Positions 15,770 through 26,320 of a stretch of DNA of 59,214 bases are shown here, in pieces. A model generated the notes under the pieces. It was not told where the DNA came from, searched no databases, and saw only the letters and a program-made list of their open reading frames with translations. The translations under genes and the position numbers were made by a program. Source of the DNA: Oscillospiraceae bacterium (GTDB taxonomy: Bacteria; Bacillota; Clostridia; Oscillospirales; Oscillospiraceae); assembly GCA_031262065.1 (NCBI GenBank), contig JAISIK010000001.1, positions 1 to 59,214 of the forward strand, written 5' to 3'. Within the stretch, counting starts at the first letter, position 1; every line of letters starts with the position of its first letter.

Positions 15770-16564
15770 TTAAAAAAGTAAATCAATTGTTGAAAATTCG
15801 TAGCCAAGCTCCTTCCAGCGGCGCAGAAGCTCATCGAGAATGGCTGCGTTGGTCTTGGAAGTGCTGTGCAGAAGCACCACCGCGCCGTTGTGCGCGCGCG
15901 GAATGAGTTTTGAAAATGCCTCCTCGGAGGTCGGCTGGTCGTCGTTAAGCCAGTCTACATAGGCAAGGCTCCAAAAAACGGTCTTGTAGCCCAGATCCTT
16001 CGCCATTTTCAGATTCTCTTCGGAATACACGCCCTGCGGCGGGCGGTAAAACTTCGGCATCTCCTGCCCGACCACCTCCGCGTAGAGTGCTTCGAGGGTT
16101 TCCAGCTCCTCGCGGAAAGCATCGACAGTGGCAATCTTGGACATATTCGGGTGGTGATAGGTGTGATTCCCCACTATATGCCCCTCTGCCACCATTCGCT
16201 TCACCAATTCCGGGTTTTGCTCGATGTAATTGCCCACGAGAAAAAACGCAGCCTTTACATCATGCGCCTGCAGAACGTCCAAAATCTGCGCGGTATAGCC
16301 GTTCTCGTACCCCGCATCGAAAGTCAGGTAAATAACCTTTTCTGACGTATCCCCGAGACAGGTCGCGTCATATTCACGCAGTTTCTCGTCGCTTAAGCTG
16401 GACTGCGGCGCCTGCCCCGGCGTTGGGAAACTCAATCCCCAAGAGCCTGTCGCTATCGCCTCGTCCTGCGCCCGCTCTCCGGCAATCGCCAAAACGATTG
16501 CCAGCACAACAAATGCGATAAACAGTAAAAACATCAGCCATCGAAGCCTACCTAAACAGCTCAT
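15770..16564 (-). CDS. pdaA: Polysaccharide deacetylase, PdaA-like spore cortex delta-lactam N-deacetylase
   Basis: IYLTFDAGYENGYT, VGNHTYHHP, FYRPPQG, FWSLAYVDW, VVLLH; N-terminal signal/TM segment. Start MSCLG with GAGGTGA. Confidence 0.85.
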   Translation of the reverse strand: MSCLGRLRWLMFLLFIAFVVLAIVLAIAGERAQDEAIATGSWGLSFPTPGQAPQSSLSDEKLREYDATCLGDTSEKVIYLTFDAGYENGYTAQILDVLQAHDVKAAFFLVGNYIEQNPELVKRMVAEGHIVGNHTYHHPNMSKIATVDAFREELETLEALYAEVVGQEMPKFYRPPQGVYSEENLKMAKDLGYKTVFWSLAYVDWLNDDQPTSEEAFSKLIPRAHNGAVVLLHSTSKTNAAILDELLRRWKELGYEFSTIDLLF

Positions 16565-16642
16565 TTGCCTCACCTCGATGAAGTGTATTCCGCCTTGCGC
16601 AAGAGTATGTCCAAAAAAAGTTTTGCATGTCAAGTTTTTTTC

Positions 16643-16671
16643 TTGACAGCCAAAGGCGGCTGTGTTAGAAT
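16643..16671 (+). promoter_or_regulatory. Sigma-A promoter of the ylxM-ffh operon
   Basis: TTGACA-17 bp-TAGAAT with TGn. Confidence 0.75.
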
Positions 16672-16696
16672 GTGTGAGCACAGGAGGGCGGCGCAC

Positions 16697-17035
16697 ATGA
16701 AACAACTCACCATGTCCCTGCTTCTGGATTACTACGGCGCGCTGCTGACGCCAAAGCAGCGGGAGTATTTTGATTTGTATTACAATCAAGACTTCTCGCT
16801 TGCAGAGATTGCGCAGCAGGAGGGCATCTCCCGCCAAGGCGTGCACGACAGTATTGTGCGCACGGAGGCCATCCTGCGCAATATGGAAGACGCCACCGGC
16901 TGCGTGGCAAGAGAGCGGGCGCTCGAGGCCTCCCTCAGTGAAATTCGCGAGGCTGCGCAGCTGCTTTTGGAGCAAGATAACCCATCCATACGGCAGCAGG
17001 CACAGCGTATTTTATCCGCTGCCGACCGCCTATAA
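16697..17035 (+). CDS. ylxM: YlxM/p13-like SRP-associated protein
   Basis: LLLDYYGALLTPKQ...YY.QD.SLAEIA....ISRQGVHD; directly upstream of ffh. Confidence 0.9.
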   Translation: MKQLTMSLLLDYYGALLTPKQREYFDLYYNQDFSLAEIAQQEGISRQGVHDSIVRTEAILRNMEDATGCVARERALEASLSEIREAAQLLLEQDNPSIRQQAQRILSAADRL

Positions 17036-17046
17036 GGAGTTATACT

Positions 17047-18390
17047 ATGGCATTTGAAGGCCTGAGCGCAAAACTCAATGCAGCATTCAAGAAGCTGCGT
17101 GGCAAAGGTCGCTTGACCCAGTCCGACATCAAAGAGGCAATGCGCGAAATCCGTCTTGCCCTTTTGGAGGCGGACGTCAGTTATAAGGTCGTGAAGGATT
17201 TCGTCAATTCCGTGTCCGCGCGCTGCCTCGGCACAGACGTGCTCGAAAGCCTCACCCCCGCCCAGATGATTGTAAAAATCGTCAATGAAGAGCTGATTTC
17301 CCTCATGGGCAGCGAAAACCGCCGCATTGCCACCTCCCCCAAATCCCCGACCGTGGTTATGCTCGTCGGCTTGCAGGGCGCAGGCAAGACCACCAACGGC
17401 GCAAAACTCGCAGGGCTTTTCAAGAAGCAAGGCAAGCGCCCGCTGCTTGTCGCCTGCGATATTTACCGCCCCGCCGCCATTAAGCAGCTTGAGGTCGTCG
17501 GCGGGCAGCTCGGCATTCCCGTCTTCCAGATGGGGCAGGAAAATCCCGTAAAGATTGCAAAAGCTGCCATTCGTCATGCGCAGCAGCATGGCAACGATAT
17601 TGTGTTTCTCGATACCGCCGGGCGGCTTCACATCGATGAAGCGCTGATGGACGAGCTGAAGTCCATCAAAAAAGAAAGCGCTCCCGCCGAGATTCTGCTC
17701 GTTGTCGATGCCATGACGGGACAAGATGCGGTGAACGCCGCGCAGTCCTTCAACGAGTGGCTCGATATCGACGGCGTAATGCTCACCAAGCTCGACGGCG
17801 ACGCCCGCGGCGGCGCTGCGCTGTCTGTAAAGGCAGTCACCGGCAAGCCCGTAAAATTCATCGGCACGGGCGAAAAGCTCGACATGATCGAGCCCTTCCA
17901 CCCGGAGCGCATGGCATCGCGCATTTTGGGCATGGGCGACGTTCTGTCCCTGATTGAAAAAGCAGAGCAGGCGATCGACCAAAAAAAGGCTGCGGAGCTT
18001 GAAAAACGTCTGCGCGCCAACAAATTCACCCTTGCCGATTTCTACGACCAGCTCACGCAGATTAAATCCATGGGCTCGATGCAGGACATCCTCGGGATGC
18101 TCCCGGGCATGGGCGCGATGAAAAATGCAAAGGTGGATGAATCGTCCATGACCCGCGTAGAGGCGATTATCCTCTCCATGACGCCCTATGAGCGCGAGAA
18201 TCCCGCCTGCCTGAACTCCTCGCGCAAGCGCCGCATCGCGCTTGGCTGCGGGCAAAAGGTGGAGGACATCAATCGCCTTCTCAAGCAGTTCGAGCAGATG
18301 CAACAGATGATGAAGCAGCTCAGCGGCAAGGGCAAAAAGCGCGGCAAGTTCCCCGGCATGGGCGGTCTGCCCGGCTTTCCCGGTATGTGA
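17047..18390 (+). CDS. ffh: Signal recognition particle protein
   Basis: GLQGAGKTT, DTAGRL, TKLDGDARGG and a Met-rich M domain. Confidence 0.98.
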   Translation: MAFEGLSAKLNAAFKKLRGKGRLTQSDIKEAMREIRLALLEADVSYKVVKDFVNSVSARCLGTDVLESLTPAQMIVKIVNEELISLMGSENRRIATSPKSPTVVMLVGLQGAGKTTNGAKLAGLFKKQGKRPLLVACDIYRPAAIKQLEVVGGQLGIPVFQMGQENPVKIAKAAIRHAQQHGNDIVFLDTAGRLHIDEALMDELKSIKKESAPAEILLVVDAMTGQDAVNAAQSFNEWLDIDGVMLTKLDGDARGGAALSVKAVTGKPVKFIGTGEKLDMIEPFHPERMASRILGMGDVLSLIEKAEQAIDQKKAAELEKRLRANKFTLADFYDQLTQIKSMGSMQDILGMLPGMGAMKNAKVDESSMTRVEAIILSMTPYERENPACLNSSRKRRIALGCGQKVEDINRLLKQFEQMQQMMKQLSGKGKKRGKFPGMGGLPGFPGM

Positions 18391-18456
18391 TCATTAGACA
18401 AAAACTGTCTGAGGATATATAACACAAACACAGAAAAATCTTTTGGAGGTGAACCC

Positions 18457-18696
18457 ATGGTTAAAATCAGACTCAGAAGAATGGGCGCAAAGAAAGCTCC
18501 CTTCTATCGCATCGTTGTTGCAGATTCCCGCAGCCCGCGTGACGGTCGCTGCATCGAAGAAATCGGCAGCTACAACCCCCTGACTGACCCCGCTACCGTC
18601 ACTGTAGACGTAGAGAAGGCGCAGCAGTGGATCAAGGACGGCGCTCAGCCGACCGACACCGTGAAGGCTCTTTTGAAAAAGGCGAATGTCCTTTGA
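18457..18696 (+). CDS. rpsP: 30S ribosomal protein S16
   Basis: [31 protein letters not shown]. Confidence 0.98.
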   Translation: MVKIRLRRMGAKKAPFYRIVVADSRSPRDGRCIEEIGSYNPLTDPATVTVDVEKAQQWIKDGAQPTDTVKALLKKANVL

Positions 18697-18712
18697 TTGA
18701 GGAGAGAGCGGT

Positions 18713-18943
18713 ATGAAAGAACTTTTGCTCTACGTAGCAAAAAATCTGGTCAGCGATCCCGACGCAGTTGTGGTCACCGAGCGTGAAACCGACGAAGGCA
18801 CAGTCTTAGAACTGCGCGTCGCGCCCGACGATATGGGCAAGGTTATCGGTCGGCAGGGACGCATTGCCAAGGAGATTCGCACCATCGTGAAAACCGTTGC
18901 CCAGCGCGACGGCAAGCGCGTGAGTGTAGATATCGTTGACTGA
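18713..18943 (+). CDS. khpA: KH-domain RNA-binding protein (KhpA/YlqC)
   Basis: DMGKVIGRQGRIAKEIR; follows rpsP. Confidence 0.93.
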   Translation: MKELLLYVAKNLVSDPDAVVVTERETDEGTVLELRVAPDDMGKVIGRQGRIAKEIRTIVKTVAQRDGKRVSVDIVD

Positions 18944-18945
18944 GA

Positions 18946-18990
18946 AAAGCACGGCATCCATAGCTGCGAAAGCTATGGATGCCGTGCTTT
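18946..18990. terminator. Bidirectional terminator
   Basis: 20-bp perfect stem AAAGCACGGCATCCATAGCT / AGCTATGGATGCCGTGCTTT between convergent genes. Confidence 0.85.
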
Positions 18991-19462
18991 ATGTTTCTTC
19001 CAGCAAGCACACCGCGTGGCAGGCAATGCCCTCGCCCGCGCCTGTGAAGCCCAAGCCCTCTTCCGTAGTCGCCTTAATATTCACGCGGTCGGGCGCAATG
19101 TCCATCGTCTTTGCAAGCAGCGCCTGCATTGCCGGGATATAGGCGCTGATCTTCGGGCGCTGTGCCAGCACGGTAATATCGGCATTCCCGACACGAAATC
19201 CGCCTTTTGCCAGCGCCTGCATCACCTGCTCTAAAAGCGTGATGCTCGATATGCCGCTGTAGGCGGGGTCGCTATCGGGAAACAGCGCACCAATATCGCG
19301 CAGCCCTGCCGCGCCGAGCAGCGCGTCCATCAGCGCATGCGTCAAAACATCTGCATCGGAGTGCCCCAGTAGGCCCCGCTCAAAGGGAATCTCCACCCCA
19401 CCGAGAATGAGCTTTCGCTCCGTCACCAGACGATGCACATCATAGCCGTGTCCGATTCTCAT
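18989..19462 (-). CDS. ispF: 2-C-methyl-D-erythritol 2,4-cyclodiphosphate synthase
   Basis: [30 protein letters not shown]. Confidence 0.97.
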   Translation of the reverse strand: MRIGHGYDVHRLVTERKLILGGVEIPFERGLLGHSDADVLTHALMDALLGAAGLRDIGALFPDSDPAYSGISSITLLEQVMQALAKGGFRVGNADITVLAQRPKISAYIPAMQALLAKTMDIAPDRVNIKATTEEGLGFTGAGEGIACHAVCLLEET

Positions 19463-20133
19463 GCTTCTTCCCTCCGCCGTAAAATTGCCTCCGCAATCGT
19501 AATATCGATGGGCGTAGTCACCTTCAAATTCTCCTCGCTGCCCTGCGTCAGGCGAACCTGCATCCCTGCTTGTTCTGCAGCTGCGCAGTCGTCCGTCAAT
19601 TCCAAATCTCTCGCTTTTTCCAGCGCTGCGCGGATACGCTTCGTGTCAAACACCTGCGGGGTCTGCACGGCAAAGAGAGTTTTTCTCTCCGGCGTGCAGG
19701 TTACCACGCCGTCTTTGGCAACCTTAATGGTATCGTGCACCGCAATCGCAGGCGCGGCTGCGCCGCATTTTTCTGCAGCCTGCACCGCAGCATCCATCAC
19801 CTGCACGCTCACCAAGGGGCGCGCGCCGTCGTGAATGGCGACGAGCGCCGCATCCGCCGAAACCGCTGCCAGCCCGCATAACACAGACTGCGTACGGCTC
19901 TCGCCGCCCGCAACAACCCGCAAAGGCTTCCCGATTTCTGCGCAAAGTTCGCCCAGCGTCTGCACCAGCTCCGCGCGCGTTACGAGGACAATTTCCTCCA
20001 CCAAATCGCTTTCGGCAACAGCTTTCACCGTCCGCAGAATCATCGGCTCGCCGCCAATCGGCGCAAGCACCTTGTCGATGCCCTGCATTCTGCGCGCCGA
20101 GCCCGCTGCAACAATCACCGCACTGCAAGTCAT
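19459..20133 (-). CDS. ispD: 2-C-methyl-D-erythritol 4-phosphate cytidylyltransferase
   Basis: AAGSARRM...DK, IHDGARP, VQTPQ.F, TDD, NLKVTT..D. Confidence 0.96.
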   Translation of the reverse strand: MTCSAVIVAAGSARRMQGIDKVLAPIGGEPMILRTVKAVAESDLVEEIVLVTRAELVQTLGELCAEIGKPLRVVAGGESRTQSVLCGLAAVSADAALVAIHDGARPLVSVQVMDAAVQAAEKCGAAAPAIAVHDTIKVAKDGVVTCTPERKTLFAVQTPQVFDTKRIRAALEKARDLELTDDCAAAEQAGMQVRLTQGSEENLKVTTPIDITIAEAILRRREEA

Positions 20134-20145
20134 GCTGTTTCCTCC

Positions 20146-21507
20146 CTACAGTTCGCGCACAAGCGCCTTAAAGGCAGCGCCGCGCACCATAAAATTCTTA
20201 AATCGGTCAAACGCCGCACTCGCAGGAGATAAAAGCACAATATCGCCCGGCTGCGCAGCCTTTGCGGCAGCCAGCACTGCCTCGTGGAAATCGTCCTTTT
20301 CGACAATTTCCGGCATGCCTTCCCGATAGTCAGCCGCCGCCTTGACCGCCTGCACAATCTTCCCGCCGGTTGCGCCGGTTGCCACCAAGAGCTTTACATG
20401 CGCCACCACTTCCGGCCCTAAAACGTCGTAGCTGATATGCTTATCATAGCCGCCGGCGATTAAAATCACCTTCTGCGAAAAGCTGCGAAGTCCCGCAATC
20501 GTCCGACTGGGCGAAGATGCAATGGAGTCGTTATAATACGATACGCCGCCGCGCACCCGCACCAGCTCGATGCGGTGCTCCACACCGCCGAAACTCTGCG
20601 CCACTGCGCGAATATCCGCATCCGAGGCAAGCCCCGCCAGCGCGGCAATCGCCGCCATATAGTTCTCCACATTGTGGATGCCGGGAAGCAGAATTTCGTC
20701 CTGCCTCAAAATCGGCGTTTCCCCGCGGTACACGACGCCGTCTTGCAGATGCACGCCCTGCGCGCTTTCGCGCGAGAAGAATTTCACAGTCCCCCGCGCC
20801 TCGGCTGCAAAACTGCGGGTAATTTCGTTGTCGTAATTCAAGACGAGCGTGTCAGAATCATTCTGATACAGGAAGCAGTTCTTCTTTGCCTGCACGTACT
20901 CGTCCATATCGCGGTGCATGTCGAGGTGGTTCGGCGCAACATTCGTTACAACCGCAATGCAGCCGCTATGGTGCATATCCATCAGCTGGAAGGAGCTCAG
21001 CTCCACCACGACCCAGTCGCTGCGCTCCATCGTATCGGTCATTTCCAGAAGCGGCGTGCCGATATTGCCGCCGAGATGCACGCTGTGCCCGGCGTGTTCG
21101 AGAATTTTCGCAATCAGGGTAGCGGTCGTCGTTTTGCCGTCCGAGCCGGTCACGCCGATGATGCGGCAGGGGCAGACTGCAAAAAACGCCTCCATTTCGG
21201 AGGTAATCTGCACGCCGCTTTCCGCCAGTTCGCGAAGTTCCGGCATATTCGGCAGCATCCCGGGCGTGCGGAAGGCAACATCGCAGCTGAGATTCTGCAA
21301 ATACGCCTCGCCCAAATGCAATTCTACGCCCATGGCTTCAAATGCCAAAACCTCAGCGTCCAGGGCGCTACGCGCCGTTTTGTCGCAGCCGATAACCTTC
21401 GCGCCGTGCGCCGTGAGCAGGCGCAGCAGCGGGCGGTTGCTCACGCCGAGCCCCAAAACCGCAACGCGCTTGCCGCGAAATTTTTCAAAATATGCTTCGA
21501 GTGTCAA
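20146..21507 (-). CDS. murD: UDP-N-acetylmuramoyl-L-alanine--D-glutamate ligase
   Basis: GLGVS, GVTGSDGKTTT, GGNIG, ELSSFQL, YNDS, LLSPASA.FD.F. TTG start at 21507 inferred from AGGAG. Confidence 0.95.
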   Translation of the reverse strand: MTLEAYFEKFRGKRVAVLGLGVSNRPLLRLLTAHGAKVIGCDKTARSALDAEVLAFEAMGVELHLGEAYLQNLSCDVAFRTPGMLPNMPELRELAESGVQITSEMEAFFAVCPCRIIGVTGSDGKTTTATLIAKILEHAGHSVHLGGNIGTPLLEMTDTMERSDWVVVELSSFQLMDMHHSGCIAVVTNVAPNHLDMHRDMDEYVQAKKNCFLYQNDSDTLVLNYDNEITRSFAAEARGTVKFFSRESAQGVHLQDGVVYRGETPILRQDEILLPGIHNVENYMAAIAALAGLASDADIRAVAQSFGGVEHRIELVRVRGGVSYYNDSIASSPSRTIAGLRSFSQKVILIAGGYDKHISYDVLGPEVVAHVKLLVATGATGGKIVQAVKAAADYREGMPEIVEKDDFHEAVLAAAKAAQPGDIVLLSPASAAFDRFKNFMVRGAAFKALVREL

Positions 21508-21571
21508 AATCAGCACTCCTTTTCCGTCAATACGGTTATTATAGCCTGCCGGGCATTTTTTTGCAATCCGT

Positions 21572-21600
21572 TTGACAAGCGCTAACAAATAAAGTACAAT
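21572..21600 (+). promoter_or_regulatory. Sigma-A promoter of rnpB
   Basis: TTGACA-17 bp-TACAAT. Confidence 0.8.
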
Positions 21601-21606
21601 ATTTTC

Positions 21607-21956
21607 GCGATCGAAACGGACAGCCGCGCGCTTGCATCGAAAGGTGCTTGTGTGAGGAAAGTCCGGGCTCCATAGGGCAAGAATAACGGGTAACGCCCGC
21701 CGAAGGCGACTTCAGGAAAAGTGCAACAGAGATATACCGCCTCATCGTTTCGATGAGGTAAGGGTGGAAAGGCGAGGTAAGAGCTCACCCACCGCGTGGG
21801 AACACAGCGGTGCTGTAAACTCTATTCGGAGCAACACCGTGGAGGAGGCATATGGTCTGCCCGACCGCTTCCGAGGAGGTGGCTAGAGCGTATCGGCAAC
21901 GGTACGTCGAGATAGATGGCTGTCGATTACAGAACCCGGCTTATAGTTCCGATCGC
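21607..21956 (+). ncRNA. rnpB: RNase P RNA (type A-like)
   Basis: Conserved GAGGAAAGTCCGGGCTCC, AGTGCAACAGA, AAGGGTGGAAAGG..AGGTAAGAGC, GAGCAA and ACAGAACCCGGCTTA. The ends pair (GCGATCG/CGATCGC). Confidence 0.97.
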
Positions 21957-21969
21957 AAGCGATTTTCGT

Positions 21970-22011
21970 TTACGAAGCCCTTGCCGCAGAGATGCGGCAA
22001 GGGCTTCGTAA
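21970..22011. terminator. Bidirectional terminator-like hairpin
   Basis: 19-bp perfect stem TTACGAAGCCCTTGCCGCA-GAGA-TGCGGCAAGGGCTTCGTAA. Confidence 0.8.
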
Positions 22012-22014
22012 GCA

Positions 22015-22797
22015 TCAAAGGATGCCAAAATGCACTAAGGCGTTGTATAGACCGTCTTCGTCTACATCATCTGTTACGTAATCTGCGGCTTCCTTCGCTT
22101 CTTTTGTGGAATTTCCCATCGCAACGCCGATTTGCGCGTAGCGGAGCATTTCCAAGTCGTTCTCCGAATCGCCGAAGGACATACTCTCGCTGCGGTCGAT
22201 GCCGTAGTGCCGCAAGACCGCGCGCATGGCGGTCATTTTCCCGCCGTCTTTGCAGATGATGTCGTGCCCCAACTCGAACCACTGCGTCGTTTTGCTGTGC
22301 GGGGCGACCTGCATCGCCTCGCGCATCTGCTGCGCGGGCAGAAAGAGGACAATTTTATAGATGGGCTTTTCCAGCATGTGCTGCAAATCCCCCAAGCGCG
22401 GCAGCCGCGTATGGATGGATTCCATCGCAGCGCGTACCTCCGGCGTATCGCGGCTGAGCAGGCTCTCGTCCGCGCCGACGACCCAGCATGCGATATTCTC
22501 CCGCGCGGCAAGCGCCAAAACGGCAGCCGCATCTTGCGGGTCGATGGGGTTGCTGTGGAGAATCTCCCCGGAAGCTGTGTAGGAAATCTGCCCGTTATTG
22601 GTCAGGTAGCCGTCAAAATGCAAGCCATCCAGCAAGCCCTCTTCCTCGATTTCAAAGCGGGAGCGCCCGGTTGCAATAAAGAGCTTCACGCCCTTTTCGC
22701 GCAGCTTCTCCAGCGCAATTCGCGCAGAGTCGCTGTAAACCTTCGTCTGCAGCGACACCAGCGTGCCGTCTATATCAAAAAATATCGCCCTGATCAT
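22015..22797 (-). CDS. Cof-type HAD-IIB hydrolase
   Basis: FFDIDGTL, IATGR, FGDSENDLEM, VAMGN. Confidence 0.93.
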   Translation of the reverse strand: MIRAIFFDIDGTLVSLQTKVYSDSARIALEKLREKGVKLFIATGRSRFEIEEEGLLDGLHFDGYLTNNGQISYTASGEILHSNPIDPQDAAAVLALAARENIACWVVGADESLLSRDTPEVRAAMESIHTRLPRLGDLQHMLEKPIYKIVLFLPAQQMREAMQVAPHSKTTQWFELGHDIICKDGGKMTAMRAVLRHYGIDRSESMSFGDSENDLEMLRYAQIGVAMGNSTKEAKEAADYVTDDVDEDGLYNALVHFGIL

Positions 22798-22812
22798 CGT
22801 TTTCTCCCAATA

Positions 22813-25086
22813 TTACAGACAGTATATCTCGATTTTCTCCTCGTTTGCAGCCAGCTTAATTTGCGTAAAGGGCTCTTCCAAGCTGTCGATGATTTTGCCT
22901 GCAATCGGGTCTTCAATGTCCTTCTGGATGGTGCGGCGGAGATTTCTTGCGCCGTAGGTGACAGAATATGACTTCTTTACAAGATAATCGATCACGCTTT
23001 GCTCCCAATGCAGTCCCATCCCGCGCTCGCCCAGCGCAGCTTTCAGCTCTTCGAGCATAATCTTCGCGATGCCGCGGAAGTTCTCCTCGCTCAGGCGGTT
23101 GAAATTCACGATTTCGTCCACGCGGTTGATAAATTCCGGGCGCAAGAACTCGGAAAGCGCCTTGAGCGTCTTTTCCTTGCTCTGCTCAGACACTGTGCGT
23201 CCAAAGCCGACCGAACCGTCCTTGCGATCGGAGCCTGCATTGGAGGTCATGATAATGACCGTATTTTCAAAGTTCACCATGCGTCCGTGCGCGTCGGTGA
23301 TTCTGCCGTCGTCGAGAATTTGCAGCAGAATGTTCAAAACATCCGGGTGCGCCTTCTCCATCTCGTCGAACAAAATGATGGAATAGGGCTTGCGGCGGAT
23401 TTTTTCCGTGAGCTGCCCCGCCTCGTCGTAGCCGATATAGCCCGGGGGCGAACCGATGAGCTTAGAAACGGAGTGCCGCTCCATATATTCGGACATATCC
23501 AGCCGAATCAGCGAATCTACAGAGTCGAACAAATCGTCCGCCAGCCGCTTGACAAGCTCCGTTTTCCCCACGCCGGTCGGTCCGACGAAAATGAAGGAAA
23601 CCGGACGCTTTTTCGGAGAAATGCCCACGCGGTTGCGGCGAATTGCGGCTGCAACCGCGGAAATCGCCTCGTCCTGCCCGACAATATGCCGCTTTAGGCG
23701 CAGCTCCAAATTGCGCAGCTGGTCGTATTCCTGCGCGCGGATTTTGCTCGCGGGGATTTTTGTCCACATCTCGATAATGCGCGCCAGATTCTCTATCGTG
23801 AGCGCGGGCGCAGGCTTTGCCTCGAGCGCGGCAATCTCCTCTTCGAGCTTGCAGACCATGCTGCGAAGTTTTGCCAGCCGCTCGAAATTCTCCGTTTCCG
23901 TGTCCTCGGTGAGCATTTTGATTTCCAGCTGGTAATCCGCCCGCTCCTTGCGCTTTTCCGCCAAATCGGAAATCTCGCGACTGCGCAGATTCAAATCGGA
24001 GCATGCCTCGTCGAGCAGGTCAATCGCCTTATCCGGCAGGAAGCGGTCGGTAATATAGCGCTCGGACAGAATCACCGCCTGCCGCGCAATCTCCGGCGTA
24101 ACGGTGACGCCGTGGAACAGTTCGTAGTAATGCGCAATGCCGCGAATAATCGCAACAGCCTCCTCGATGGACGGCTCATTGACGGTAACCGGCTGGAAGC
24201 GACGTTCAAGCGCAGCATCCTTCTCGATATACTTGCGGTACTCTGCAAAAGTTGTCGCGCCGATTACCTGTATCTCGCCGCGCGACAGCGCGGGCTTCAA
24301 AATATTCGCAGCGCTCATCGAGCCTTCTGCATCGCCCGCGCCCACCAGATTATGCACCTCGTCGATAACCAGAATGATATTCCCGTAAGTCTTGATTTCG
24401 GAAATCAGGCTCTTCATACGGCTTTCAAACTGCCCTCTGAACTGCGTGCCCGCAACAAGCGCGGTTAAATCCAGCAAATAGACTTCCTTATCGCGCAGCT
24501 TATACGGCACGTTGCCCGCAACAATGCGCTGCGCCAAACCCTCTGCAATCGCCGTTGTGCCGACGCCCGGCTCGCCGATTAGGCAGGGATTGTTCTTCTG
24601 GCGGCGATTGAGAATCTGCACGACGCGCTCGGTCTCGGTTTCGCGCCCGATGATTTTGTCCAGCGCGCTCTCGCGGGCTTTGCCCGTCAGATTGATGCAG
24701 TAGGTATCTAAAAACTTCCGCTTTTTTGTCTGCTTGGGAGTCGGGCTTGCCTCCGTCTTCGCCTCTTTCGGCTCTTCGCGCGGCATAAGCGCATTCGCGC
24801 CGCCGAACAGACGGCTCAGATTCGGGAAGGTCGCCGTGCGGCTGCCCGGGTCGTCCTCCCCGTCTTCCTCCTCGCCGTTTACCAAGGAAAGCATCTCGCT
24901 GCTGAGGCTGTCTAAATCGTCGTCGGTGATGCCCATACGCGCAACAATCTCATCGACCTGCTTAATGCCCATGTCCTTGGCACATTTCAGGCAAAGCCCC
25001 TCGTTGGTGCTTTTGCCGTTTTCGACCTTGGTTATAAAAATAACAGCAACATTTTTCTTACATCTGCTGCAAATTGTCGGTTTCAT
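22813..25086 (-). CDS. ATP-dependent Clp protease ATP-binding subunit (ClpC/ClpE-like, N-terminal Zn finger)
   Basis: N-terminal CSRC...CLKC; D1 ([23 protein letters not shown]); D2 ([26 protein letters not shown]). Start MKPTIC with AGGAG. Confidence 0.95.
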   Translation of the reverse strand: MKPTICSRCKKNVAVIFITKVENGKSTNEGLCLKCAKDMGIKQVDEIVARMGITDDDLDSLSSEMLSLVNGEEEDGEDDPGSRTATFPNLSRLFGGANALMPREEPKEAKTEASPTPKQTKKRKFLDTYCINLTGKARESALDKIIGRETETERVVQILNRRQKNNPCLIGEPGVGTTAIAEGLAQRIVAGNVPYKLRDKEVYLLDLTALVAGTQFRGQFESRMKSLISEIKTYGNIILVIDEVHNLVGAGDAEGSMSAANILKPALSRGEIQVIGATTFAEYRKYIEKDAALERRFQPVTVNEPSIEEAVAIIRGIAHYYELFHGVTVTPEIARQAVILSERYITDRFLPDKAIDLLDEACSDLNLRSREISDLAEKRKERADYQLEIKMLTEDTETENFERLAKLRSMVCKLEEEIAALEAKPAPALTIENLARIIEMWTKIPASKIRAQEYDQLRNLELRLKRHIVGQDEAISAVAAAIRRNRVGISPKKRPVSFIFVGPTGVGKTELVKRLADDLFDSVDSLIRLDMSEYMERHSVSKLIGSPPGYIGYDEAGQLTEKIRRKPYSIILFDEMEKAHPDVLNILLQILDDGRITDAHGRMVNFENTVIIMTSNAGSDRKDGSVGFGRTVSEQSKEKTLKALSEFLRPEFINRVDEIVNFNRLSEENFRGIAKIMLEELKAALGERGMGLHWEQSVIDYLVKKSYSVTYGARNLRRTIQKDIEDPIAGKIIDSLEEPFTQIKLAANEEKIEIYCL

Positions 25087-25153
25087 CGTGTCACTCCTTC
25101 TCGGGCGGATAATACCAAAGTATACCACAGCCCTTTTGAAAAATAAACCGCTT

Positions 25154-26320
25154 TTACGGAATATACAGCTTTGCCTCGCCGCTTCCGACCAGCATTGCCG
25201 TGCCGTCGTCACGCACATAGCCCTGCAGGTAGCCTTCGGTGTTCTCTCCGGCGTGCTGCAGCTCGAGGTCGCTGTTGTAAACGCTGAACTCTTGCGCACT
25301 GAGCGCCATCACATAGCCGCCGCAGGCGCTGATGTGCAGCTGCGCGTCGCTGAGGGTAAGGCTTGCGTGCACTTCCCCGTTCGTGTCTAGGGTTATGAGG
25401 CGGTAGCGTTCGTTTGCGCGGTAAGTCTCCAGCAAAATCGTAACGAAACCGTCGCCCCCGAAGCTGTAAAAGGCAAGCGCAGAGCCCGAAAGGTCATACT
25501 GCCCGCGCATATCGCCGTCGGTGTCGAAAAAGCAGAGGCTGTTTTCTCCGACCGCGCAGACAATATCCTCTGCAATAAAGGACATATCATAAATCACCTG
25601 TTCGCCGAGGGCAAGCTGCGCCCGTGTTTCCTCTTCCGTGGTGCGGTAGATTTGCGCGGTGCTTAAAAAGGAAATATCTGCCTGCCCCATCGCGGCAGCA
25701 ACCGCATAGCCGCCATCTTCCGACACGGCGCAGCAGTTGAGAATCTGCGCCTGCGAATTGCGGCGGTATAAGAGCGCTGCATTCTCATCGAATATCTCGA
25801 GCACCGACCCGCCCTCCGCGCCGGAGGAAAGCACCGCGCTGTAGCCCTTCGCGGAAAGGTCGAAATCGAAGAGTTTACCCTGCGTTTCGCCCTCAAAGAG
25901 CAGTTCGCCGTCGCTACCCATTACAGCGTAGCGATTGCCGCCGATATCATAGAGCGCGAAGGCGTCCTCCTGCGTACGCAGCGCGGGCTTGTCCAGCGCG
26001 CGCTGCAAGCGTCCGAGGGTTGTCCCGTCTTCTGCAAAAAGCGTCGCGCCTGCTTGGGTGAGCACGGTAAGCCCGTTATTGGTTATGCCATAGCAGCACG
26101 TGCCGTAGACATCAAAGGAAACCGCGCCGTAGTCGCTGTCCTTATTTCCATAGCGGATTGCGCGTTTCAGTCCGTCGAGCAGCGTGCTCTCGGAGAGCAA
26201 AACCCAAACAAGGACGAGCAGCACCAGCAGAAGAATTCCGCCGAAAATCAGCCACTTTTTCTTCGCGCCGCCGCGCTTTTTCGCAGTCGGCTGCGCCGCA
26301 CCCTGTATTTTTTCAGACAT
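25154..26320 (-). CDS. Membrane-anchored beta-rich protein (DUF5711-like)
   Basis: Basic N-terminus, a single TM segment and a beta-strand-rich repeated ectodomain. Family assignment is from memory. Confidence 0.55.
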   Translation of the reverse strand: MSEKIQGAAQPTAKKRGGAKKKWLIFGGILLLVLLVLVWVLLSESTLLDGLKRAIRYGNKDSDYGAVSFDVYGTCCYGITNNGLTVLTQAGATLFAEDGTTLGRLQRALDKPALRTQEDAFALYDIGGNRYAVMGSDGELLFEGETQGKLFDFDLSAKGYSAVLSSGAEGGSVLEIFDENAALLYRRNSQAQILNCCAVSEDGGYAVAAAMGQADISFLSTAQIYRTTEEETRAQLALGEQVIYDMSFIAEDIVCAVGENSLCFFDTDGDMRGQYDLSGSALAFYSFGGDGFVTILLETYRANERYRLITLDTNGEVHASLTLSDAQLHISACGGYVMALSAQEFSVYNSDLELQHAGENTEGYLQGYVRDDGTAMLVGSGEAKLYIP

